A stretch of 15,778 nt of DNA from the NCBI GenBank assembly GCA_964510165.1, contig CAZEBC010000004.1, forward strand, positions 1 to 15,778, given 5' to 3'. Below the pieces are notes generated by a model. It did no database searches. It was not told the origin of the DNA and was given only the letters and a program-made list of their open reading frames with translations. Position 1 is the first letter of the stretch. Each line of letters begins with the position of its first letter. The position numbers were made by a program, and so were the translations under genes. Below are positions 1-7,894 of the stretch, in pieces. The DNA is from an uncultured bacterium (GTDB taxonomy: Bacteria > Abyssobacteria > SURF-5).

Positions 1-1102
1 ACGAAAATTCGCGCGCCAGCCTCTGCAAGACATCAATGCCGCGCTTGATCGTATCGTCGGGCGCCGCGAACGAAATTCGGAAATGCGTGTTCTTCTCCGA
101 GAACACGTTGCCCGGGATGATCAACAGATTGTTCGCGATCGCGCGCTCGACAAACTTCACGCCGTTTCCGCCCGGCGACTTGGGAAAGATGTAGAACGCG
201 CCGCCCGGCTTCTCCACCTCAAAGTGGCCTTTCAGTCCTTCATAAATCAAATCGCGCTTCACTCGGTACTCGGCGATGTGGCCGCTGATGTCGTAATCGA
301 GCGCAGCCAAGCCCGCCTTCTGCGCGAACGACGGCGCGCACACGAAGCTGTACTGCTGCAGCATCTTCATCGCCTCGATCACCTGATGCGGACCGGCGGC
401 ATAGCCGAGCCGCCAACCGGTCATGGCCGAGGACTTCGAAAATCCATTCAAAAGAAGCGTCTTTTCGTAGTGTTTCGCGAACGTGTCAGGCCGCGAATCA
501 TAAATGAAATGGTCGTATATCTCGTCCGTGATAACGAACAGGTTGTGCCGACGCGCAAACTCGGCGATCGCCTTGTACTCGGAGGCGCTGTACACCCTGC
601 CCGTCGGATTCGCCGGGCTGTTTATGACCAGCATCTTCGTGCGCGGGCTGACCTTCTCCTCGAGCCTCTCCGGACGCAGCGTAAAGTCCGGATAGGTGTC
701 CACAAACACGGGCTTGCCGCCGAACAGGTTCGCCAGGTGCTTGTACATCACGAAGTAGGGGTCGGGCAACAGCACTTCGTCGCCCGGCTGAACGAGCGCG
801 ATGAACGCCAGCATCAGCCCGCCCGACACGCCCGAGGTTATCAGCACGTCCTCGAACTCCACCTTGTGCCGCGTCCGGTAATATTCGGCCACCGCCTCGC
901 GCAGCTCGGGTATCCCTTGCGTGACGGTGTAGCGGTTGAATCCATCGCGAATGCTCTGTATCCCGACTTCCTTGATCTCTTCGGGAATGTCAAAGTCCGG
1001 CTGTCCGATGCTCAGGTTAATCGGGTCCTTCAGCTTGGCCGCGAGGTCAAACACCTTGCGAATGCCGGACGAATCTATCAGCTTCATTCTGTCAGCAAGC
1101 AT
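1..1102 (-). CDS. PLP-dependent aminotransferase class I/II (aspartate aminotransferase-like); runs off the left edge
   Basis: Manual minus-strand translation from ATG at 1102 (RBS-like GGAAGG upstream): MLADRMKLIDSSGIRKVFDLAAKLKDPINLSIGQPDF...YT..QGIPELREA...INSPANPTG...TDEIY...NGFSKSSAMTGWRLGY...GAFYIF...FRISFA. These are class I/II motifs including the PLP lysine. 367 codons are visible and the stop probably lies just outside the window. Confidence 0.95.
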   Translation of the reverse strand, partial: MLADRMKLIDSSGIRKVFDLAAKLKDPINLSIGQPDFDIPEEIKEVGIQSIRDGFNRYTVTQGIPELREAVAEYYRTRHKVEFEDVLITSGVSGGLMLAFIALVQPGDEVLLPDPYFVMYKHLANLFGGKPVFVDTYPDFTLRPERLEEKVSPRTKMLVINSPANPTGRVYSASEYKAIAEFARRHNLFVITDEIYDHFIYDSRPDTFAKHYEKTLLLNGFSKSSAMTGWRLGYAAGPHQVIEAMKMLQQYSFVCAPSFAQKAGLAALDYDISGHIAEYRVKRDLIYEGLKGHFEVEKPGGAFYIFPKSPGGNGVKFVERAIANNLLIIPGNVFSEKNTHFRISFAAPDDTIKRGIDVLQRLAREFS

Positions 1103-1147
1103 GTGGCGCCTTCCATGTTCTTGTTCGAATTCGGGCAAATCTCGGAA

Positions 1148-1177
1148 ATTATAACAGACCCGCCCAAACGGAGTCAA
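1148..1177 (-). promoter_or_regulatory. sigma70-type promoter for the aminotransferase
   Basis: Minus strand reads TTGACT (1177-1172), 18-bp spacer, TATAAT (1153-1148), with a TG extension (TGTTATAAT). Confidence 0.7.
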
Positions 1178-1206
1178 AAAGCGGGAAGACTCTTAAGAAC
1201 GTGCGG

Positions 1207-2904
1207 TTAAGAAGTCCCTTTCGGCAAAGAGGCGCAACGGCGGATTACCCCCGCGTGCAAAGCGAGATAGGCGAGCGACAGAAGCCCCAGGGCGGCGGGT
1301 GAGATGAACGCCGGCTTGTTCGCGAGCAGGCGGGTCATGGTCTGCATCGAAAAGATGAGCGATGGGCTTTCCATGAAACGCAGGCCCCAGCCGTCCGCAG
1401 CGGGAAGCGCGAGCCCGGCATAGTAGGGCGCAAGCACAAACACGAAACCGTACATCTCCACCGCCCAAATTGCAACAAAGGCGGCGACCAAGCAGGGGCG
1501 CGCGAGCGGCCCGAGGCCGCGAATACCGAGCGAGGTCATGAAACTGATCGGGAGCACGAGCGCGTAGAGATACCAGCCGCCGGGGCCGCCGCCCAATCCG
1601 ACCACGGCAAAGGCATTGATTTCATGGTATATCACGCCGAGAAGAAAGAAGAAAAGAAGACAGGCGGCTGAAATAACGACTCGTTGCTGATACTCTGCAA
1701 CGGTGGAAGTCGTTTGATTGTATGCTTTCTCTTGTAGGGGCGGCCCTGTGTGTCCGCCTCTCGCAAGTCCCACCACCGCCACGGCAAAGGCCACCACAAA
1801 CACAAAATACGGCGGCTTAGGCAGGTGAACCAGGCTCCACCCGTTGACCCAGCAGAACGAGACGAAGAGGTGCTTGACGATCCTGGTCCACGGAACCTCG
1901 AACGCCGCCCGCATCTTCTCCACCAGGCTCATTGCCGGATGATACACGCTCTCCTGTAACCCCGAAAAGCTGCCGTACAGGAGATAACTGCGAACGTACC
2001 ACCAGCCCCCCACAACGGCTGCAATCGCGAGGAGGAGACAACCACCTTTCAAGATCGCGGTTTCGAGTTTCGAGTTTGGGGTTTCGGGTTCTTCGGACCG
2101 AGTACGATATGCGAATGCGAGATACGCCGTGTACAGGATGACCGCAGGTATCGCGGGCAGAAAATACGCTTTCGTGAGCAGGCCGAGGCCAAGCACGACG
2201 CCCGCCGCCACTGCCCGGGCAAGCGAAGGCCTTTCCCCAAACCGCATCATCGCCGCGAACAGGAGCGAGTAGAGCGCAACACCCAGGCTGTCATTCCCGA
2301 CGCGGGCGACGTCAATATACAGCACCGGCCAGAGCGCAACAAATCCCGCGCACATGCGCGTCAACGGCGCATCCTCGCGAGCCGTCACCGCCGCAGCTAT
2401 GACGCACAGCGACGCCAAGAGGACCGAAAAGATTCGCAGCGCAAATACCTTATCCACAATGTTCAGGCCGCCCATCGCCTCGTACACAGGCACACATGAC
2501 GCATAGTACAGGGGCGGATGCTGCACCTGGTACAGCGGCACGTCCGAGGGCGTCAGTGTGTCCGCGCTCGCCTCAAGCCTGCGCAGTTTTTCCATCACTC
2601 CCGCGCGGCGCGCCTGATCCATCTGCCAATAGTCACGATACGTGAGCTTCTCATCTGCGGCTCCGAGTGCGGGCATCAGGTCCGGAAGCGGCACATACGC
2701 GGTTGACTCGGCGACATCGGCTCCGACGCGCGCCTCGCCGAATTCCGGCAGTTGGTGCGCGGCGGCCAGCGATTGCACGTAGGCGAAGTGGAAGGGCTCG
2801 TCGAAGCCTTCCCACAGCGGAGTGACGGCGGCGTAGAGCAGGCCCTTCACAATGAACATCGCCCACACCAGCGCGAAGAACCAGCGGCTCGGCCTCAAGT
2901 TCAT
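1207..2904 (-). CDS. GT-C fold integral membrane glycosyltransferase-like protein (DUF2142 / ArnT-PMT GT39-like)
   Basis: 565 aa with many hydrophobic helices. The first loop has PLWEGFDEPFHFAY (DE motif), followed by QHPPLYY, GNDSL and GLGLLTK, as in GT-C/DUF2142 proteins. Its ATG overlaps the upstream gene's TGA (ATGA, 2901-2904). Confidence 0.75.
   Translation of the reverse strand: MNLRPSRWFFALVWAMFIVKGLLYAAVTPLWEGFDEPFHFAYVQSLAAAHQLPEFGEARVGADVAESTAYVPLPDLMPALGAADEKLTYRDYWQMDQARRAGVMEKLRRLEASADTLTPSDVPLYQVQHPPLYYASCVPVYEAMGGLNIVDKVFALRIFSVLLASLCVIAAAVTAREDAPLTRMCAGFVALWPVLYIDVARVGNDSLGVALYSLLFAAMMRFGERPSLARAVAAGVVLGLGLLTKAYFLPAIPAVILYTAYLAFAYRTRSEEPETPNSKLETAILKGGCLLLAIAAVVGGWWYVRSYLLYGSFSGLQESVYHPAMSLVEKMRAAFEVPWTRIVKHLFVSFCWVNGWSLVHLPKPPYFVFVVAFAVAVVGLARGGHTGPPLQEKAYNQTTSTVAEYQQRVVISAACLLFFFLLGVIYHEINAFAVVGLGGGPGGWYLYALVLPISFMTSLGIRGLGPLARPCLVAAFVAIWAVEMYGFVFVLAPYYAGLALPAADGWGLRFMESPSLIFSMQTMTRLLANKPAFISPAALGLLSLAYLALHAGVIRRCASLPKGTS
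1734..1761 (+). repeat. GTAG-type REP-like palindrome inside the GT-C coding sequence
   Basis: GTAGGGGCGGCCCTGTGTGTCCGCCTCT has the same head and hairpin layout as the copies at 10601, 10863 and 10889-10914. Confidence 0.75.
2060..2087 (+). repeat. heptamer tandem repeat, 4 imperfect copies
   Basis: GTTTCGA GTTTCGA GTTTGGG GTTTCGG, read as PETPNSKLET in the GT-C protein. Confidence 0.7.
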
Positions 2905-4139
2905 TCGTCAAGCCCTTTCCCGGAGCGGGCCGTCTCGAGCAATTCCAGGAACGCCTCGAGCCGCGTGAGAATCTGCCCATGCGGGGTCGCCCGCCTGTCA
3001 ACTGCGTCGCCGTCGAGCGCGAGAAACGGCAGCCCGAGGCTGGCGATGGCCTCGCGATAGAGCGCGGTCTGCCCATAGTTCCACCGGCAGCCCCGCTGCA
3101 GGAAGTGGACCGCGCCATCAATCCGATATTCCTTCGCGATCTTCTTTAACCGTGCGGTCTTCCAGTCCATCGGCTGAAGCTCGGGGTTCGACAGAATCTT
3201 CAGGGCAAGTGCCCGGAACGGGTCGCGCGCGTCCAGTTCCGGCCACCACGCCTCGCCCATGAGATCAACGACGATGACCGCGCGCATCTCCTGTTCCAGG
3301 TACGCCATGATGTCGGTCTCGAACACGGGTCTCAGATGAATCCACATCAGCCTGTGCCGCTCGCCGCCGGGAATGGCCGCGACATTTCCGGCGACGCGCC
3401 CGGCAACGTCCTCCCGCAGCGATTCGGCAATGCTCACGCCGACCTTCGTTCCCCAGGGATACACGAGGCTGAATCCCACAAACTGCGAGCCGGTCACCGG
3501 CGCCGGCGCATGTTTTCGGAGTTCATACACTTCGGCCAGATATGCCCGCGCCCGGTTCGAAAGTTCGATCGCCGTTCTGAGCCGGTCGATGTCCAGTTTC
3601 ATGCCCGATATCTCACTGAGCCTCCGCGCGACAAGCTCAAGCTGGCCCGCCACATACCCGACCGCCTCCTCGGACATCTCCGCCGGAATGTCGAGCAGAT
3701 GAAACTCGACACCCTGCCGCCGCGCCGCCATGCGCGCGATCTTCGGAGCGCCCTCGCACAGATGCGAGGTACAGACGACCGCCCCCGGTTGAGGAAAAAG
3801 GCCCATGTCGGCCGCCCCGATGGCCGCCCGCAGGAACGTGCACATGTCACGCGAAGGCAAAATCGCGTCGGCGCGCTCGAAGACGTCGGTCAACTCGATC
3901 CAGCCCGATGTGCCCCCCGCGCCGTCAAGCCAGAACGGTATATAGCCAAGCCCGAAGACAAGTTCGGGCGGGGTGAACACATTGATCCACGCCACCGGGC
4001 TTTTCCCGGCGAACGCCCGGTACAGGAGACGCGCGTACTGCATTCCCCGACTTATGGTCCCGCTCAAGTACGTCGGGTCCATCTCCCGGCTGTCGCTGCG
4101 CTCGAGCATCCGCCGGATGAATTCGGGTCGTTCGGACAT
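2901..4139 (-). CDS. 2-hydroxyacyl-CoA dehydratase family subunit (HgdA/FldB/BcrB-like, HGD-D fold)
   Basis: 412 aa. Contains PPELVFGLG, three spaced Cys motifs (DMCTF, HLCEG, RGCRW), YRIDGAVHF, and C-terminal LDGDAVDRR...GQILTRLEAFLE. RBS AAGGA upstream. Confidence 0.9.
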   Translation of the reverse strand: MSERPEFIRRMLERSDSREMDPTYLSGTISRGMQYARLLYRAFAGKSPVAWINVFTPPELVFGLGYIPFWLDGAGGTSGWIELTDVFERADAILPSRDMCTFLRAAIGAADMGLFPQPGAVVCTSHLCEGAPKIARMAARRQGVEFHLLDIPAEMSEEAVGYVAGQLELVARRLSEISGMKLDIDRLRTAIELSNRARAYLAEVYELRKHAPAPVTGSQFVGFSLVYPWGTKVGVSIAESLREDVAGRVAGNVAAIPGGERHRLMWIHLRPVFETDIMAYLEQEMRAVIVVDLMGEAWWPELDARDPFRALALKILSNPELQPMDWKTARLKKIAKEYRIDGAVHFLQRGCRWNYGQTALYREAIASLGLPFLALDGDAVDRRATPHGQILTRLEAFLELLETARSGKGLDE

Positions 4140-4155
4140 GGGTATCCTTTACGTC

Positions 4156-4190
4156 GAGCGGCCACGCCCTGGCGTGGGACCCGCCCTTAC
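4156..4190 (-). repeat. REP-like hairpin overlapping a stop codon
   Basis: Minus strand reads GTAAGGGCGGGTCCCACGCCAGGGCGTGGCCGCTC: a variant GTA(A/G)GGGCGG head with outer and inner stems. Confidence 0.55.
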
Positions 4191-5227
4191 CTAAGCATCT
4201 CCAGAAACGCCTCGATGCGCGTGCGCATGCGCTCGCGTTCGCTCTGCGAATAATCCGTCTCGCACCGGAGCGCTGGTATTCCCCTTACGTGCAGCGCCTC
4301 GCTGATTGGCGCCCAATCCAACATGTGCGGGTCGCAGAACTTCACGCTGTAGTATATCAGGCCTTGCGCGCCGGATTCCTCGATGAGGCCGAGCAGACGC
4401 TCGACCCGGTCGTCGGTGTCGGACATGCGGGCGCACAGCGCGCGAAGGATGTACCGCTCGGCGATCGCCCGCAACGGCTCGCCCTCCGTGGACGCGAGTC
4501 CCTCGAAATATCGGCTGCCGCAGCACAGGTCATCGGCGACCACCCGCCCTCCGGCATTCTCGACGGCCTCGACCACCCACGGATCATCAAGCGCGCCGCC
4601 GGACAGCACAATTCTTATTGAGTTCTCGCTCTCCGCCGCTTGCGTTTCGAGCTCGCGCAAACGTTCCCGCAGCCCGGCGTTGAACTCCTGCTTCGGGCGG
4701 GTCATTGCGTTGAGGAGAATTTGGTAGAATTCCACGCCCGTCAAAGAGGAATTCGTGCGTCGGAGCACGTCCAGCCGCCGGAGCAGCGCGCGGGTTTCGT
4801 TCATGAGCGCGATGCCGCGCCGGAGGTCGTCCTGTGTGATTTCTTTGCCAGCAAATTCGCTCAGGGTGCACAGGAGTCTTCCAAGTTCGGCTTGGAAGAA
4901 CTCTACCGCCCCCGCCTCCCAGACATGCGGAAGCGAGAGCACATGGAAGAAGCGAGGCGAGAGCTTGTGTCGCCAAACATCGAGGAGTCGACGCATCGCG
5001 TCGCACGAATCGACGCCGACCACGCCGCCGATGTCCGCCGGATGCTCAAGGACCTGACTCAGGCAGGCGCGGACATACGCGCAGAGATTCGGATGAAGAC
5101 ATGCGTCGGCCGCGGCGGTCGCGCCGGTCCTTCCCAGTATTCGGCGGCTCTCAAGCCCCGCCGCCAGGATGATCTCCTCCGGCGTGTAGGAGCACAGCCA
5201 GCCGATGGTGTCACTCGCTCGGCTCAT
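4187..5227 (-). CDS. 2-hydroxyacyl-CoA dehydratase family subunit (HgdB/FldC/BcrC-like)
   Basis: Motifs IGWLCSYTPEEIILAAG, NLCAYVR, DSCDAMRR, VADDLCCGSRY, KFCDPH and RTRIEAFLE. Start placed at ATG 5227 (MSRASDTIGW) because the 5290 start overlaps the likely promoter. Confidence 0.9.
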   Translation of the reverse strand: MSRASDTIGWLCSYTPEEIILAAGLESRRILGRTGATAAADACLHPNLCAYVRACLSQVLEHPADIGGVVGVDSCDAMRRLLDVWRHKLSPRFFHVLSLPHVWEAGAVEFFQAELGRLLCTLSEFAGKEITQDDLRRGIALMNETRALLRRLDVLRRTNSSLTGVEFYQILLNAMTRPKQEFNAGLRERLRELETQAAESENSIRIVLSGGALDDPWVVEAVENAGGRVVADDLCCGSRYFEGLASTEGEPLRAIAERYILRALCARMSDTDDRVERLLGLIEESGAQGLIYYSVKFCDPHMLDWAPISEALHVRGIPALRCETDYSQSERERMRTRIEAFLEMLR

Positions 5228-5280
5228 TCGGAAACCGCCCGTAAATTTCCCTTCTCGAGAACGCAGCGACGACTGTGTAT

Positions 5281-5289
5281 ATTGTAACA
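5281..5289 (-). promoter_or_regulatory. extended -10 promoter for the dehydratase operon
   Basis: Minus strand TGTTACAAT (TGn-TACAAT) about 55 bp upstream of ATG 5227. No clear -35. Confidence 0.45.
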
Positions 5290-5310
5290 CAGCCCGGCAT
5301 GCAACCGAAG

Positions 5311-5485
5311 CCCCTCACCCTGCCCTCTCCCTGTGGGAGAGGGTTAACATGAATGCGCCCTCTCCCTGTGGCGGAGGATCAACACGGATACTCCCTATCC
5401 CAGTGGGAGAGCGTTGGGGGTTGACATCCATCACCGTTATCCGCGGCTTGGCTCCCTCTCCCACTGGGAGAGGGTTGGGGTGAGG
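5311..5485. repeat. cluster of four CCCTCTCCC-n-GGGAGAGGG (BoxC-like) palindromic repeats
   Basis: Copies at 5311-5343, 5358-5377, 5391-5420 and 5452-5485. The outer copies carry CCCCTCACCC / GGGGTGAGG tails in inverted orientation. Confidence 0.85.
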
Positions 5486-5556
5486 AAGAAGAAACGCGGT
5501 GGTGAGTGTTACACATTCCGGGCCAATGATGCAATCGAACCCCCTGCGCTTCCGCA

Positions 5557-5585
5557 TTGACAACCGAAACCCTCGGGCGTAGAAT
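5557..5585 (+). promoter_or_regulatory. sigma70-type promoter of the GH57 operon
   Basis: TTGACA (5557-5562), 17-bp spacer, TAGAAT (5580-5585), 39 bp before ATG 5625. Confidence 0.85.
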
Positions 5586-5624
5586 ATGCTCCGAAATGGG
5601 TTAGGCTCGGCTTGGATTGATCCC

Positions 5625-7814
5625 ATGAGCAAGCTCTTCGTTGCATTTCTCTGGCACATGCACCAGCCATTGTACCGGGACCCGCTCTCCGGCAAGTACA
5701 CGCTTCCCTGGGTCCGGCTCCACTCGATCAAGGGATACAACGACATGCTTTCGGTGCTCGAGGGATTTCCGAAGATCCGGCAGACATTCAATTTCGTACC
5801 TTCGCTCATGATGCAGATCGAGGACTACGTGAGCGGGGGCGCGACCGACGTGTTTCACGACCTGTCCATCAGGCCGGCGGGCGAACTCAGCATAGACGAA
5901 CGCGTGTTCGTGCTCCAGAATTTCTTCGCCGCCAACTGGGACACGATGGTCAACATATACCCCCGCTACAGAGAACTGCTGGAGAAGAGGGGCCGCCGGG
6001 CGACTCCCGAGGAACTGCGGAAGATACAAGAACGCTTCTCCGACGACGACATTCGCGACCTGCAGGTATGGTTCAACCTCACGTGGTTCGGCTACGCGGC
6101 CCGCGATAAGGACCGTGAGCTCCAGCAGCTTTTCCTCAAGAAGCGCGGCTTCTCGGAGACCGACAAGCGGTTCGTGCTCGAAAGGCAGAGAGAAATCATG
6201 CGCTCGCTCCTGCCGAGGTACCGAGCCGCGCAGGAGCGCGGACAGATAGAGATCTCGGTCAGCCCGTTCTTTCACCCGATCCTTCCGCTGCTCTGCGATT
6301 TCGAGTCGGCGCGTGAGGGCATGCCGGAGGTGAAGCTGCCCCGCGAGGAATTCAAGCATCCGGAGGATGCCCGCCTGCAGGTGACGCGCGCCGTCGAATA
6401 CTATGAGCGAGTGTTCGGACGCAGGCCCTGGGGCATGTGGCCGTCGGAAGGCTCGGTCAGCGTGGAGGCCGCGCGGATCATGGCCGACGCGGGCATCGAG
6501 TGGTTCGCGACCGACGAGGAAATCCTCCTGAACACCATCAAGGGCAAGCGGGGGGCGGAGGTCATCTACGCGCCGTACCGGCTCCAGCTTGACGGCCAGG
6601 GAATCAATGTGGTGTTCCGCGACAAGGGGCTATCGGACCTGATTGGTTTCAGCTACTCCAGGAACGAGGCGCACGCTTCGGCCTGGGACCTGGTCGGCCA
6701 CCTGCGCAATATCCGGAACTGCCTCGGCCCGCGCGAGACACTGGGCGAGCACCTCGTGAGCATCATCCTGGACGGCGAGAATGCATGGGAATATTACCCC
6801 GACGGCGGCCGCACGTTCCTGTCGGCCCTCTATTCGATCCTCTCGGAGACCGACGAGTTCGAGACGGTCCCCATCGGCGACTATCTCGGGCGGTTCCCCC
6901 CGAAGCTGGGTCTCAAGCGCATCTTCAGCGGATCGTGGATCAGCCATAACTTCAACATTTGGATCGGCAGGCGCGAGGACAATGTGGCTTGGGATATGCT
7001 CGCGCGCACCCGCAAGCACCTCGAAAAACAGCAGCGGCGCCGGACCGACCTGTCACCCAAAGAGTGGGAGGCGGCCTGGAACGAGATATACGCGGCGGAG
7101 GGAAGCGACTGGTTCTGGTGGTACGGCGACGACTTCAACTCTGCGTTCGACCATGAGTTCGACCGCCTGTTCCGCTCCCATCTGATTCAGGTGTACCGGT
7201 TGCTTGGCGATGAAGTGCCCCTGTATCTCACCGAGCCAATCGTCAATATTGGCGCAGCCAGGCCCACCGAACAGGCAACCGGCTTTGTCAAGCCCATCAT
7301 TGACGGCAAGGTCACCCACTTCTACGAGTGGGTGGCCGGCGGCAGCTTCGACGTCCGCAAGTCCGGCGGCGCGATGAACATATCGGAGACCTGCATATCC
7401 TGTATTTATTGGGGCTTCGACCTGAAGGACCTTTACCTGCGCATCGACACCTCGCTCGGCCCGGTCAGCGACGAGATGCGCGAGGTGCACATCGCGGTGC
7501 ATATTGAGAATGAACGACTCTACCGGTTGAATCTCCACCTGCCAGCCGCCGGGAAAAAGGGGACGGTGGAAATCCTGGAGCAGGCCGACGCGCAGACCTG
7601 GACCAGGGTCGGCGAATCGGAACGGATCGCGGCGGTCAAGACCATCGAGTTCGGCGTCGCGTTCGAGCAGCTCAAGCTCAAGGCCGGCGACACGATGCGG
7701 TTCCGCCTCGTTGTTCATAAGGGCGACCTCGAGATCGAGCGCTGGCCGCGCACCGGATACATCGAGATTCCCGTGCCCGACGAGGAGTTCGAGGCCGCGA
7801 TGTGGATGGTGTGA
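5625..7814 (+). CDS. glycoside hydrolase family 57, amylopullulanase/alpha-amylase-like, with a C-terminal beta domain
   Basis: GH57 conserved regions: WHMHQP, PFFHPILPL, GMWPSEGS (nucleophile Glu), ILDGENAWE (acid/base Asp), AEGSDWFWW. No signal peptide. Start taken as 5625 because 5586 abuts the -10 element. Confidence 0.93.
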   Translation: MSKLFVAFLWHMHQPLYRDPLSGKYTLPWVRLHSIKGYNDMLSVLEGFPKIRQTFNFVPSLMMQIEDYVSGGATDVFHDLSIRPAGELSIDERVFVLQNFFAANWDTMVNIYPRYRELLEKRGRRATPEELRKIQERFSDDDIRDLQVWFNLTWFGYAARDKDRELQQLFLKKRGFSETDKRFVLERQREIMRSLLPRYRAAQERGQIEISVSPFFHPILPLLCDFESAREGMPEVKLPREEFKHPEDARLQVTRAVEYYERVFGRRPWGMWPSEGSVSVEAARIMADAGIEWFATDEEILLNTIKGKRGAEVIYAPYRLQLDGQGINVVFRDKGLSDLIGFSYSRNEAHASAWDLVGHLRNIRNCLGPRETLGEHLVSIILDGENAWEYYPDGGRTFLSALYSILSETDEFETVPIGDYLGRFPPKLGLKRIFSGSWISHNFNIWIGRREDNVAWDMLARTRKHLEKQQRRRTDLSPKEWEAAWNEIYAAEGSDWFWWYGDDFNSAFDHEFDRLFRSHLIQVYRLLGDEVPLYLTEPIVNIGAARPTEQATGFVKPIIDGKVTHFYEWVAGGSFDVRKSGGAMNISETCISCIYWGFDLKDLYLRIDTSLGPVSDEMREVHIAVHIENERLYRLNLHLPAAGKKGTVEILEQADAQTWTRVGESERIAAVKTIEFGVAFEQLKLKAGDTMRFRLVVHKGDLEIERWPRTGYIEIPVPDEEFEAAMWMV

Positions 7815-7894
7815 GAGAATTCACCCTAGAGGATCGACGCGGTTCGACGCATATTGATAGATATGGCCGCAACCGGCTTGGAGGGTGATATATC

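Noticed and set aside
83..1210. 375-aa + strand ORF
   Set aside because: Antisense shadow of the aminotransferase; Arg/His/Val-rich with no recognisable motifs.
3336..5287. + strand ORFs of 305 aa (3336..4253), 215 aa (4640..5287) and shorter
   Set aside because: They lie antisense to the dehydratase genes, as expected in GC-rich DNA, and have no motifs.
5311..5485. Possible CRISPR array
   Set aside because: Units are degenerate, mixed in orientation and irregularly spaced, and there are no cas genes in the window.
5205..5809. ORFs 5205..5483 (+) and 5315..5809 (-)
   Set aside because: Peptides such as PHPALSLWER and PHPNPLPVGEG are translations of the BoxC-like repeats, and the ORFs overlap promoters and real genes.
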